Source: Octopus bimaculoides
Taxonomy: Eukaryota
Assembly: GCF_001194135.2 (NCBI RefSeq)
Contig: NC_068982.1
Location: 30,904,779-30,963,977, forward strand
Length of the DNA: 59,199 nucleotides
Direction: 5' to 3'
The notes beneath the pieces are model-generated. The model did not search any database and had not been told where the DNA came from. It saw only the letters and a program-made list of their open reading frames with translations. A program made the position numbers and the translations under genes. Positions 38,322 to 51,570 of the stretch are shown here, piece after piece (position 1 is the first letter of the stretch; each line of letters begins with the position of its first letter).

Positions 38322-40323
38322 ATTTTCTGCAGTTGCAAGGCCAGAGGTTTTCGGGAGTGAAATATTCGATCATATCGAGGCCAATATTTGATTGGTGTTT
38401 TATTTTGTTGACACACAAAAAAAATAAATAAATAAGTAAAATAAAATAAAATAAAAAGCAAAGTTGAGTAAAGCTGATAAAAAGGTTAAGGTGAGGTTAG
38501 AGTGTAAAGGATCAGAAAACTACTGCTAGGCCGTTTGGATGAATCTATAACAATTCTGCAATACAGTAACCATGGTATCAATTACTTTATTAACTACAAA
38601 GTCCCTAAATACTCTGGGAACAGTGCAAAACAAGATACAAAACAGTGGGCTTTCTCTGTAACATAGAGGTTCGGCAAAAGTGACTGATAGAATAAGTGTC
38701 AGGCTTAAAAAGAAAATAAGTCCTGAGGTCGATTAGTTCGACAAAAATTCCCAAGGTGGTACTCTAGCATGGTCACAGTCTAATGATTGAAACTAGTAGA
38801 ACAATATTTGGTTTTTGACCCAGCTCGTTCTGTGGTGTTTTTCAACAGATTGTTGGAGATTATGCTGCATAGTCTTCTCAGTCATACAATATATTTTGTA
38901 TTTTGGAACCGGACTCAGAAGTTTGGTAGTGCTAAGCATTCAATTATTTTCCACTCAATGCATTAGTCGTTAGCACTGCGATCTCCCTTTTCCGATAAAC
39001 AGAGGGAGCCGTGGAAGAACACTGGTTCTAGTGCACATGGTAACCCTAGAGAGAAGAATTCTGATAAATTTTCATTGAATTCATAAGAAAATCCACAAGT
39101 AATTTTCTTCCTACATTTGAAGTTGAATTGTCATATATGTTTTTTTTTTCTGTTATAGTTTTGTCTGGTAACTGTGATACATAGTCAGGTGACTCATGTG
39201 CATTGGTGCAACATACATGGAAATACGCAAATTCGTCTCAGTAATATCTCACATTGCATCACTTTGATCATTTTTCAGAAACATTATAAAGTGCTGTTTT
39301 ACACAATCACCTTAATTCAACAAATGGTAGTTATACCCTTCTTTATTCTGTTTGCATTTTACTAACGTATAAAGTTCTCAACTAAGCTTTGGTTAGAAGC
39401 TACGTTGATGTTCTCCTAGCATTTTCTTCGGTTATACTCACTACTATGTTAAAACGTATCATCCACTTTTGCCTATAGTTCTTTCCTTCTCCCTTTATTT
39501 GATTATTTAAAACTCTTTTCCCAAAACTCACATTCAGTAATTTAATTACCTTTTTTTAAAGTTATCACAGCCACTGATTATTCATAATGCACCACATCAA
39601 CTTAAAAAAAAAAAAAGAATTAGGATAGTCAGCTGGTTTCTAAATTCTTTCCCTGACCAGACACAGCACATTAAGTTTCTAATAACACTAATAAATTAGT
39701 GTCAGAAATCATTATGATTTACACAAAAGTTTTAGTGGTATGTTAATATGTAAATTTTCTTTTTCTTTCCTTGTGTTTGCAGTTTGTAGACATATGTGAG
39801 TTCGTAAGTAACTCTGCCAGTCAAAAGATAATGACTTCTAACATTAATATAAGATCGCAAATGTTTGGGGACGGTTATCATCGATTAAATCAATTAGATT
39901 TGAATGCACAGAGAAAAAAGTCTTGCAAACTTCAAGCAATTTCGACTGACATCCCCACTGCGCTGATGTAGAAAAGGATACATGACAAGATGTCATACAT
40001 AATCGTACTTCAAATTTTTCTGACACGATCCAAACTTTTGAGCAATTGGCTACACGAAGCACAAATTCGAGATCTGTACAAGCTGCTTAGAGAAGATCAT
40101 TAGCCAATGACCTGAATAACGAAAGCTCGAAGCATCTTACCGGAATAAAAAGATTTCAGCGAGCAAAATAACAAACATATTAAGCGTAATTTAATGGAGG
40201 CCAATTACCAACACCAACAACACCAAGCTTTAGGTCTCGACAATGAGAAAAATTAGAACATCCGTTAACCTTTCCAGAGTAGTAGCGAAGGAGAACAATA
40301 GAGGAGAAGCTAGTCAAAGGATT

Positions 40324-40427
40324 TAGAAGAGGCACGTAGAAGAGGCACGTAGAAGAGGCACGTAGAAGAGGCACGTAGAAGAGGCACGTAGAAAAGGCAC
40401 GTAGAAGAGGCACGTAGAAGAGGCACC
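40324..40427. repeat. 13-bp minisatellite, (TAGAAGAGGCACG) x8
   Basis: Eight consecutive units: unit 6 has one A/G change and unit 8 ends CACC. There are no spacers. Confidence 0.97.
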
Positions 40428-42529
40428 GCATATGACACAGTAGCTGTGAAATTCTCTCGGAACTCGAAACCCGAAGGATGCGTTATGTACAAGGACGCAT
40501 GCTTTGAAGCCTCTGAATATGAATGCCATTTGATTAGCTGCGCCAGCATAAAAATATATTAATATTTCGATGCCTGATGTACCGTAGTGGTTGCCTGTTA
40601 TGTGATATCAAAAAGAAACGTGCAGATTTTCACCCTTCTGCCGAATTGGTTGCAAATAGCCGCAGAAAAAAAAGATAGACTTCAATGCTTACCTCGACGT
40701 TCTACAGAAAACACGACCGAAAACGCAGGGCTCTGCACAACGCAGATTTCAACAGAGACGTAAGAAACGTGTTGAGCTTCTGCACAATGAATAAATCGCT
40801 ATCCATGTGAGAGCTATTGTTACTTTACCAAACTTGTTGACAGGTGTTTTCTGTAGCTGGCAGCAAACCAGCAGGTGAGTAGTGGCGTTATCCAGGAAGG
40901 ATCTGAAAGAAAGGAACATGACAAACAACTTCAAACCAATGATAGTGAACACGAACAAGTCGGGTTTCTGCCAGAAGCCTGCGTGGAGCCGATTCAAAGT
41001 GTTTTAAATAATAATGATATATATAATTGCTACCAAATGTGTTGAGCGCATTTTTCTTTTGTTTGTCAACTCNNNNNNNNNNNNNNNNNNNNNNNNNNNN
41101 NNNNNNNNNNNNNNNNNNNNNNNNNNNNNNNNNNNNNNNNNNNNNNNNNNNNNNNNNNNNNNNNNNNNNNNNNNNNNNNNNNNNNNNNNNNNNNNNNNNN
41201 NNNNNNNNNNNNNNNNNNNNNNNNNNNNNNNNNNNNNNNNNNNNNNNNNNNNNNNNNNNNNNNNNNNNNNNNNNNNNNNNNNNNNNNNNNNNNNNNNNNN
41301 NNNNNNNNNNNNNNNNNNNNNNNNNNNNNNNNNNNNNNNNNNNNNNNNNNNNNNNNNNNNNNNNNNNNNNNNNNNNNNNNNNNNNNNNNNNNNNNNNNNN
41401 NNNNNNNNNNNNNNNNNNNNNNNNNNNNNNNNNNNNNNNNNNNNNNNNNNNNNNNNNNNNNNNNNNNNNNNNNNNNNNNNNNNNNNNNNNNNNNNNNNNN
41501 NNNNNNNNNNNNNNNNNNNNNNNNNNNNNNNNNNNNNNNNNNNNNNNNNNNNNNNNNNNNNNNNNNNNNNNNNNNNNNNNNNNNNNNNNNNNNNNNNNNN
41601 NNNNNNNNNNNNNNNNNNNNNNNNNNNNNNNNNNNNNNNNNNNNNNNNNNNNNNNNNNNNNNNGCAGCTTTCAAAATTTATCTCTTAAAAACATTTAAAA
41701 ACATTTAAATGTTTTTAAGAGATAAATTTTGAAAGCTGCATTCCCTCGCTTTCGGTAAATATGTTGCTTATTTTTTGGTAGTTTTTGACTTATTTAGTCC
41801 CTCGAAGCGTGAGGCATTACTACACAGTTAATGCCCTTTATATAAATTATATATATATATATATATCTGCATGTATGTGTAGTAGTATGTGTATATCTAT
41901 GTTCTAAGATGTTTATCCTGCTTTGCATCTGAGCATCTGAAACTTTGTAAAGGGGCTCTTCGTCAAGTTGTAGGCCATATAACCTTTCTTTAATATTTTT
42001 TACTGCGGCTATTTATGTTATTTTCCTTTATGTGTCAGCCAGACCTGTTATTTATTGCTCTTTCAACACAATAAAAGTATGAAATCTGTGAAATTAGACG
42101 GAAAATCGTTTTATTTATTTATTGCAGAATTTCTACTTAGAAAGGATTGGAACAATTCTTCACCAATGGTGAAAAGTTCTTTAATTTTCGAAGAAAACAT
42201 TTCGTTCATTATTCATAAACAAACAAAATTGTTTTTTCATTTTTCCAATAGGATCCTACATATCTCATGAAGAAAATTTGAACCAAAATGAATAGGTATT
42301 TACTTTGTCATGCAGAAAAGAAAAGAAAAGAAAAGAAAAGAAGGAAATGAAAGAAAATGAACGAAACTATTTTTCGATAACGCACACAGAGAGACAGAAA
42401 CGAAAACAAATGAGATTTCTGAAGCCAGCAACATTAGTGAGAATGTTTCTAGTAACGACGTTTGATATAACAACGACACTCACACACACACACAGTTTGC
42501 AGAATGAAATAGTTATTTCTTTATGGCTA

Positions 42530-42725
42530 AACATAGAGAGGACTAAACATAGAGGGGGAAAACAAGGACAGACAAAGGGATTAAGTCGATTACATCGACT
42601 CCAGTGCGTAACTGGTATTTGTTTAATCGACTCCGAAAGGATGAAAACAAAGTCGACCTCGGCGGGATTTGAACTCGGAACGTAACGGCAGACGAAATTT
42701 CCGCCAAGCATTTCGCCCGAGGTGT
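42530..42725 (-). mobile_element. SINE family B, young copy, head lost in an N gap
   Basis: ggacagacaaagggattaagtcgattacatcgactccagtgcgtaactggta...gtcgacctcggcgggatttgaactcggaacgtaacggc. Confidence 0.88.
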
Positions 42726-42809
42726 NNNNNNNNNNNNNNNNNNNNNNNNNNNNNNNNNNNNNNNNNNNNNNNNNNNNNNNNNNNNNNNNNNNNNNNNNNN
42801 NNNNNGGGG

Positions 42810-45290
42810 GGGGGGGCAAACGGAGGGGACGATACAATGATCTGGGGCCAGGATGAAAAACACAAATATGAAAGAATCGATTAAGAATTTATAATAAAAT
42901 CGAATGATTGGGACGTAAATTATAGAAACAGTGAAGTGGGAGATGGGCGGGTTCTGCTTTGGCCCCGCAAGCCCCGATCCTCCACTGCTAGCTTTGAAAA
43001 AAACTTGATGAACACTCTTAAGCGGAAACATTCACTTTCACCATTCTCGCAAATTCCTTCCATCTTTTCTTATATACATCCGCCGACAGTCACTCCTTCT
43101 CCACCCTTATTTTCCTTCTCAGGTGGAAGGTGAGAAACCTCACCAACCTAAGGCTGGAGGTGAAGGTGCCTGTCACGATTCCTTTCATACGGGTCTTCCA
43201 CACTACTTCTCTCGCAATAGCTACTACAGTGAGAAAACAAGCCTTACCTTCTTTGTCAAAGGAGAAAGGGGGAACAGTTTTTATGATCGACTCGGAAGAC
43301 AGCTGTACGCTTCCAAGACGTGACAACAGATGTTCTACGTAAACCCATATTTCAGTAATTTTTGGACATTGCACAATTGCATGTAGAACAGTTTCCGATA
43401 ACCTAGATCGCACGGCATGCTCCTTGGTCCCTCCAACCACCGCAGCAAAGCTCACGAGCCAAAACGTACAGAAGGGGAGAGAAGAGACATCCTTAATGAA
43501 TAGAGCACTTGATGCTGAATGGCTCAGAAAAGAAACCGTTCACCCGAACGCTTGAGTCGATGTTACTATACTTAGCTATGATCCAGCTGCGGAATACGGG
43601 GCCAAGCCCGAACGCTGCAAGGGCCGTCACCAGGTACCCATGGTCAACCCTATCAAACTCCTTAGACTGGTCTTAATATACCAGTACCCCACTCTTGCCA
43701 GTAACCCTACCAACCTTCTCTAAGGTGTAGCGTATAAGGTGAAGATTGTCGGATATGGATCTGCCGGGAACAGCACATGTTTGAGCCTCTCCGACGAGTT
43801 CATCCACGACACACGCCAACCTTTTTGCTAACACCTTGGCCAAAATCTTCATCTATGTATTTAGAAAATTGATGAGCTTAAAGTTGTCTACTCTATCCCC
43901 TTTGTGTGGATCCTTTCAAAGCAGTGTCACCACTCCCCGGCTCACAGATTTAGGAATAATCCCGTTCTGCTGCCAGTTCATGAAGACGCAAGTCAGTACG
44001 TGCCCAAACAAGTCTGGCATACTACAATACACTTCATAGGGAAGACCATCTAGACCCGGTGACTTGTCTCTGCCGCAGTCCGCCAGAGACTCCTCAACCT
44101 CTGTAGCTGTAAAATGGACCTTCACAGCACTCATTTCGCTCCAGGAGACGCAGCAAACCGGCGAGAAAGTCCATGAGGTCCTTCCTACACTCCGCCCCGC
44201 CGCCGCCGAAAAGCATTGCGAAATGCTCCTGAAAGACCTTGCACATATCCTCGGGTTCGTGTATCAAGTTCCCTTGATCATTCGTCAAAGACCTTATAGA
44301 ATTTTTGTTGTTACGTTGAGCCTCTATCGTACGGGCCCATCCAGCGTCTTTGATTTCTTCCTGTCCTACTGCATGTTGCTTAGCCTGACTACGCACCCCC
44401 CGTATTTGTCCTCAAGGTGTTGATTTAAGAATCAGTCTCGCAGCCAAGACTCGGGGCGCGGTGCCAAATCTCAGTGCTCCATCTAAGTCTTTAGCTAAAA
44501 CCCTTTCTATTTTATTTTTCATAGCTACTAATTCTTTACTGAACCTAATGGACTCCAATTTAATGGTTCTTTTGAGGGCATACCACATTTGTTACTTGCA
44601 ACGGTGCCACACAATACCCTCAAAACTAACTGCCTAATACGACTCCTGTACTCCTCATGAGTAAAAAAAAAAAACTCATTCAGTTTCCAGTAGCCGGATC
44701 CCTTTCTATGCTTCGTATCTAAGTGAAGCTTACAGGACACAAATTTGTGGTCGCTGTAGCTGACATAATGAAAATGTGGACCACTAACTAAGTTTTTATC
44801 TAGTTCCGTAATTAGTATCCTGTCTAGATAAGATCTAGATGACCCGTCACTGTTCATCTGTGTCTACAATGGAGCGTTTGGGTCGTCTAGTATATACCTA
44901 TCTGCTAGTTGAAAACCGCTAAGCAGATTTATGAAGCCCTGTCTCCCCTTCTAACAGTACTCGAACCAACACAATCCACACGTGCATGGCAGTTTGCGTT
45001 AAAGTCCCCTAACATTATTATAGAATGAGACGAACAAAGAAATGTCTCCATGCTTCGGAAAAAAAATCAGCTTTTCCTGCGCCTGCAGAGGCGTAAAACG
45101 ATACGAACCTGAAAGTCTTACCGCTGTACCTCACATCCACGACGACCAGCCTGCCCGCCGGGTCGATAAACATTGTTTTACATTCAACGCCCAGGTTTTT
45201 TCTGAACAGCACAGCAACATCTCCACTCCAGAAATAAAGTTCTTGTAGCCATTTAGGAGGGGAGAGATATCAACCTGGACTCTGTAGCAA
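42810..45290 (-). mobile_element. Tx1/L1-clade LINE ORF2 remnant (APE endonuclease, RT, CCHC) with frameshifts and an internal deletion
   Basis: APE: DPAGRLVVVDV, IMLGDFNA, SRSYLDRILI, YSDHKFV, GSGYWKLN. RT: KSPGLDGLPYEVY, KILAKVLAKRL, DQSKEFDRVDHGYL. C-terminus: SETVLHAIVQCPKITEIW. Confidence 0.9.
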
Positions 45291-45477
45291 CTCAGAACGT
45301 AAAGAATCGGTGTTCAAATTTTTGTCGGGGATCCACTTTGCCTATCAGTCCTTCGCGGTCCATGAAATAAGTGCCAATCAAGTACTGAGGTAGGTGTAAT
45401 TGATTTTCTCCTCTCTACACAGATTGCTGAACCTGTGCCAAAGATATGAAACCATTATTATTGTTATGGTGGTTGAT

Positions 45478-46130
45478 AAGGTTGTGAGCTCGCAGAATCG
45501 GTACCGTGCCGAGTAAAATGTTTAGCGGTATTTCGCCCATCTTTAAGTTCTGAGTTCAAGTGACGCCAGCGTCGACTTTACCTTTCACCCTTTTAGGGTC
45601 GGTAACATAAGTACCAGTTGAGTACTGGGGTCTATCTAATCGACTTACCCCTCCCCCGAACTTGCTGGCCTTCTTCCAAAACTTGAAAACATTACTATTA
45701 TAGGATAGGCAGTGAGCTGGCAGAATCGCCCGTCGCTACGTTCTAAGTTCAGATTCCGTCGAGGTCGACTTTATCTTTCATCCTTTCTGGGTCGATAAAT
45801 TAAGTACCAGTGAAACACTGGGGATCGATGTAATCGACTTGTCTCTCCCCCAAAGTGGCAGTTATTGTAGAAAAATTTGAAAACATTATTATTATTATCA
45901 TTATTATTATTATTATCATTATAGGATAGGTGGTGAGCTGGCAGAATCGTTAGCTCAGTGGACGAAATGCTTAGTGGTATTTCGCCCGTCGCTGCCTTTT
46001 GAGCTCAGATTCCGCCAAGGACGACTTATCCTTTCGGGGTCGATAAATTAAGTACTAGTAAAACACTGGGGTCAACGCAATCGACTAACCCCTCCCCCAA
46101 ATTCCAGGCCTTGTTCCTTTAGTAGAAAAG

Positions 46131-46135
<5 letters not shown>
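45478..46135 (+). mobile_element. Head-to-tail array of three SINE family B copies (plus a fragment at about 45290-45460)
   Basis: Units at about 45478-45697, 45709-45895 and 45927-46135, each gtgagct(c/g)gcagaatcg...gtcgataaattaagtac...attatt. Confidence 0.88.
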
Positions 46136-46165
<30 letters not shown>

Positions 46166-46899
46166 GGTAGTTGTTGTTGATTTAATTCTTGTTATTGTTC
46201 TGTATTGAAGAGAGCGAGCGTGATTAGACACAGCTTTGCTACAGAAGAAAATCATCGTGTTTATACTTAATAAAAAAAACATTTAAAAAAAAATATTATG
46301 CTTTGAAACATTTGAATATCTACTCCTTTTACGTTGGGTGGAGAATAAGATTTGTGGTTGGGTAGATAAATTCATTTTATAAATATTTGCTTACCTGTGT
46401 ACGAACGTGTTTTCTGTTGACTTACACACCTCAAGAATTTTGAATGGGTTTTCGAATATTTTGTAAACAAGAACATGAATCTGAAAAGAATACTTGATAA
46501 ACATATAAAAAATATAACACTTAAACGAGCAAGCATAAGAATTTACATGGGAATCAACGATGAAGATAGCAACAAAAGCAGAAATTCTTTAACCATTGTT
46601 GCCAGTGAAGAACTAGTTATGAATATGGTTCAATCTGCAGAATTAAAAGGAATGCGAAACAGGTATGTCACGAAATATTCCGCCTCTTTGCTAGATGATT
46701 TTATTGAAGAAAGAACACGGAAAAAAGTAACTTAATTCTGCTTACCAAAAGAAATGAAAATGCAAAAGAAAATGGAGGGACTTTCAACATGTTCTTAAAA
46801 GATCAAGTGAAAGAAGCTTTGGTTGAAATATGGAATAATGTGATTTTAATCAATTGAGGGAAGGGGCATGAAACTATGTTAATGGTTTAAAAAACCTAG

Positions 46900-48250
46900 A
46901 AAGAAGCGAGGCAACAACTGAGTTGGTGTTCCAACATACCTGCGCACAGTATTGCATTGCCGAATACGGGGTGATGAAATACAAAATTACATCCAGAAGC
47001 AATGGGAATGATATTGATCCTTGTTTCGTTAACTTTACGACAAATTATGGGTATGCTGTAAGTATCAAGATAACTAAAAGTGATACAGGTTCATGCAGAT
47101 TTTTCTATCGTTTAATCAAGAAAGAAGACTGTGTCCATTGACTTTAACAGATTGAAGGGAAGAGAGGAAGATATCTTCAAACCGGAGGCCTGAAAATAGT
47201 TTAAATCTGGTGCTTGTAGACAATACCAGATTTCGCCGTAGTATGAAGATATCCACCAGCAATAGCAGGAATGGGTATTCTCATATTGAAAAACATTCAA
47301 TTTAACTGGAAGCAAAAAGAACAAAAACATATACGACCCACATATGTTATACCAGAGACTGATTCAAATTTGTAAATTTAGACAAGTACGAAAATACATA
47401 TTTGAAGACTTGTTCTTCAAACAATTCAAAGGAGTTTTTTTCTCAAATTTACAGGCTGAAGACTTGAACTTGAAGCTTTTGGAATAAACATCTGACGACA
47501 TTGTTGAATTGAACAATCTTTCCAATTATTTTTGAAAACTGAATCAGGCAATGCTAATAAAAGATCTTTTGGATGTGGGTGTCTTTCTGAATAATTATTT
47601 TATCAATAAAAATTAAAAAATATCTCTACACATCACTGTTGAGTCAAATATTTTTTGTAAGTCTTTATATGTTTTGTGATCTGCTTTGTTTCGATTGATA
47701 TTTTTTGATATGTACATTTTATAGATGATGGGCTGTTCTGTTCCTTTGAAACACTTCTTCTCATGCATTTGGCGAGATTTTAAATGTTGACTTGCTGAAG
47801 CTTAAATAATTGATGGGAAGGTATATTCTGTAGAAAAGGAACTTCAACAAAATGCTTTGTTTTGGGTAAAAAAAAATAGTTTTGCTTGGCTCAAATTTTT
47901 TGTCATCTTTAATTCTATTGTTCGTTGTCATATCTCTTAGCTAAATCAAGACCCACCAACATTTTTGTTATATTTTAGCCTTGTGTTTCTTTTTATCTAG
48001 CAAACAATCTCCTGAAGGGGATTCTGAAATCAAATTTTACTTTCATAAGAAAAATATTCAAACATATAACTGCATAATGACAAAACTAGTATTTCTACAC
48101 CGAAATTTTAACAAGGCTATACAAAAAATAAAAGCGAATGCCCTGGAGTCTACGCATTATACCATATTCCGAGAAAAAAAACGGATAGAAAAATTTACAA
48201 AATGGTTTTCAGAAACTGCTGAAAAATTCAATTAAATATGAAAGTAAGCA
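46900..48250 (-). mobile_element. Possible very old L1/Tx1-like RT C-terminal remnant
   Basis: Only IKRNTRLKYNKNVGG-LDL (resembling KIKR..L......GGL) is recognisable; the rest has many stops. Weak. Confidence 0.3.
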
Positions 48251-48866
48251 AATATTTTGCATTGAGAGAAGTACAGTTCGGCTGTAATTACGAAGAATCT
48301 GTTCATTACCCCATGAGCAAAGTTTGGTCTGATACGATGCTTTACTGGATGAAAAAAAATCATTTATTTATGCTTTCTACTATTGATTATTAATACATAT
48401 TTAGAGAAGGAATTGATAAAAGATAGTTTATTTACTTACTGTGTTACATTTTTCTTTTTATTTGATACAATAGAAATAGTTTGTTATATATATATATGAT
48501 TGCAGAGTAGAAATATAATAAACAGTATACAATTTTAAAGCTTTCATGAACAATTTTTTTACAGATCTCACATATATTTAGAACTTATGCTATACAAAAC
48601 TATAGTCTTGAGATCAATACTCATGCTAGCAATCAGCTATGGAAAGAAAACTCTCTATGTGATCAATCGATTGTCCCTCAATTCACGGCCTACAGTCGTA
48701 ATTAAAGACAAGTACATTGAACAACGGAGTTCCTGATTTTCCAAATGACAGGAGCTGATGGTTGAAATGCCTTTAATCATAAACCGCATGGCCAGAGTTT
48801 TTCAGGTGCTAAAGGGAAGTAATAACGAATTTTTGAAAATCATTTTTCCTTAAATTATTTTACAAA

Positions 48867-49018
48867 TAGGTGCAGGCATAACTGTAGGATTAAGAAGCTT
48901 GCTTTGCTTCCACGAGGCTTCGGGCCCAGTCCCACTGCGTGGCATCTTGGGCAAGTATTCTCTGCTATAGTCCCGAGCAGACCTATGACTTGTTGAATTT
49001 CGTATACGGTAACTATAA

Positions 49019-49062
<44 letters not shown>

Positions 49063-49284
49063 ATGTATCATTGCGTTTTTTTATCCCCCTTCATCGCGTA
49101 CAACTGGTGTTGGCTTGTTTGCGTCACCGCAACTTAACGGCTCGGCAAAAGAGACCAATAGAATAAGTAAGTACCAGATATTAAAACAATATCTACTGGT
49201 GTCGATTTGCTTGACAAGACCCTTTCAGGTGGTGCCCAAGCCATGCCGAGGTCTAATGATTGAAGCAAGTAAAAAGTAAAAGAT
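48867..49284 (+). mobile_element. CORE-type SINE family A, diverged copy
   Basis: taggtgcaggcataactgtagg...cagtcccactgcgtggcatcttgggcaagt...(GT)n...gcaaaagagaccaatagaataagt...tgaagcaagtaaaaagtaaaaga. Confidence 0.85.
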
Positions 49285-49403
49285 ATTTCCTCTTCATATT
49301 TATTCAATGAATGGTATTACCCATAATATATAAAATAATCCGTCTTGGATCAGAAGAACAGTGTGTAATTTGAACAAGGTATTTTGTAAGTCCTAATAAT
49401 GGT

Positions 49404-49614
49404 TTCAAATTTTTCCACAAGAGCAGCCATTTTGGGGAGGGGATGAGTCGATTACATCGACCCCAGTGTTACACTTGTACTTAGTTTATCGACCCCGAAA
49501 GGATGAAAGGCAAAGTAGACCATGTCGAAATTTGAACTCAGAACATAGCGACAGACGAAATACCACTAAACATTTCACCCGGCGTGCTAACGATTCTGCC
49601 AGCTCGCCGCCTTA
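49404..49614 (-). mobile_element. SINE family B, full length, 18-bp TSD
   Basis: TSD gtaagtcctaataatggt at 49386-49403 and 49615-49632. Confidence 0.9.
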
Positions 49615-51429
49615 GTAAGTCCTAATAATGGTGAGTATTGCGTTGGGGAAAAGAATATGATAAGCTACATTTCTTTTGGTTGATGATAGTCAAGTAAGTA
49701 AATTATTGAATTTCCTACTGAATGATCAGTTAACAGTAATACGTTAAAAAAAAGTACACATGAGTCACTGCGGCCCATGTAACCCAGCGCAATTAAAGCG
49801 CTCCATCATTAACACCCATCTCATTAGTTTACAGTACGGATCTCAAAACGTATTATGCTTTGAAAGCGGAACACACTTCAGTGTACCCTTTCTTAAAACT
49901 CTTCTCAGCATTTCACATATAATGTCAAGAGGAATTATTTATAATAGATTAGGGAATCAATACATAGCTGCTTCTGATTTCAGTACAAGGCCAGCTGTTT
50001 TGAGTGGATGATATTAATCAATATCGTCAACCTCAACTGGTCCTTTATTTTATGAAGGTGGAGGATTGAAAACAAGCAAAGTTGAATCAAGCGAGATTTG
50101 AACATTGAATAGTCCAGACCAATATCAGAAGTTATTTTACAGACGCTCAATGATTCTACCTAGAAACAATTTACATTAGTTTTGTTGTAATGACAAAGAC
50201 AAATGTCACACAGTTAGAAATACCAGTTATGATCTTTTGATAAACAAAGTCCATTATTGCATTGCAGCATTGAAACCAGGGATATTTTTGATATAGGCCA
50301 CTATGGTGGCATTGACCTGTTTTCTCTTGAACTACACATTTATATATGAAAAATGCTGTAGACAAGTATATTTTTGGCTAGAATTGTCTAATGTATGTAG
50401 AATCTTTAGTATTGTCTTTGTTGAAATTTCTGTGATCAGGTATTATAATAAACTGATATTTGTGCACCAGTTTTCTCCCTTCGGTTGCTTTAGTAAGAAA
50501 CTTTCACCCCTTGTGCTGGCTTTCTTCAAACCTTTCTTGTTTTCGGTATCATTTTGTACTTTCAAACCAACTCTTTATTTAATATATGAAATAGATTGTT
50601 TTCGTTCTGTTGTCCACTCTTGGGGTTTCCTCGTATTATTTATTCTCGTACATGCGATGCCGCTTGCTCATTACATTGTAACTAGATTCTATATGGAATC
50701 TCCAGCTAAGGAACACACACCCGACTAGCTAAGCTTCGGAGCTTAACACTTGGTATATAATCAATTCTTATATTCACTATATAATTGACGATTAGGACAA
50801 TTAGATAATGAAAGTTAGAAGATTTACAGTTACCTCGTTTAGGGCTTTAGATTTAATGTTCTTTCGTAACCGAAGGTTCGTATTTGATTTTCATCTTTAT
50901 GTTAAATCTAATACGGTTATCAAAACTTAGTTATCAGATGCCATATCTTTCTGTGTTGTTCCCTATTATCTTGACCTCGTCCCACAGAGATTGATAACAT
51001 CCTTCTTCCTCCATAAGACCATAAAAGTATTAGGTGTAAAGCTCTTAACTTCCATCACCTAACTGACCTTTGGGTCAGTGATATAATGAACAAAAGCAGT
51101 GATGAAGTGCTAAATGTTAAATGTCTCCAATTACTTAGTCGGTGTCAGCTCAATACTTGTTCAGTGATTCTTTCTATACTTGATTCAAGCATCACAAGCA
51201 AGGGACACAAAAAGCACAAGAATAACTATAACAAAAATATTCCGAGCATGAACGACAGAATGAAAACAATCTACTTTCTACGAACTGAATAAAAGGTCGA
51301 AGCGAAAATTATTAAATATGCCAGACACGAGAAGAAAGCCAGAAAGTACAACAGCTGAACTGGGATTTTAGCAACGAAGATGAGGGAATAGCACGATTGC
51401 AACGGTGTGTTACAAGTAATATTTCTAAC

Positions 51430-51570
51430 ATATTCTACCGAGGTTGACTTTGCCTTTCATCCTTTCAGGATGTATAAAATAATTACCTGCTGATTATTAG
51501 GGTCGATATAATCGACTTACCTCTTTACCGAAATTGATGACATTGCGTCAAAATTAGAAACTAATGTTTC
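51430..51570 (+). mobile_element. SINE family B, 5'-truncated fragment
   Basis: ccgaggttgactttgcctttcatcctttcagg...gggtcgatataatcgactta. Confidence 0.8.

Noticed and set aside
40324-40427. CRISPR-like array
   Set aside because: The units are contiguous with no unique spacers, there are no cas genes and the context is eukaryotic.
41664-41739. Perfect 33-bp inverted repeat with a 10-nt duplicated spacer
   Set aside because: It starts exactly at the edge of a 591-N gap, a typical contig-end fold-back or chimeric-read artefact; it needs raw-read support.
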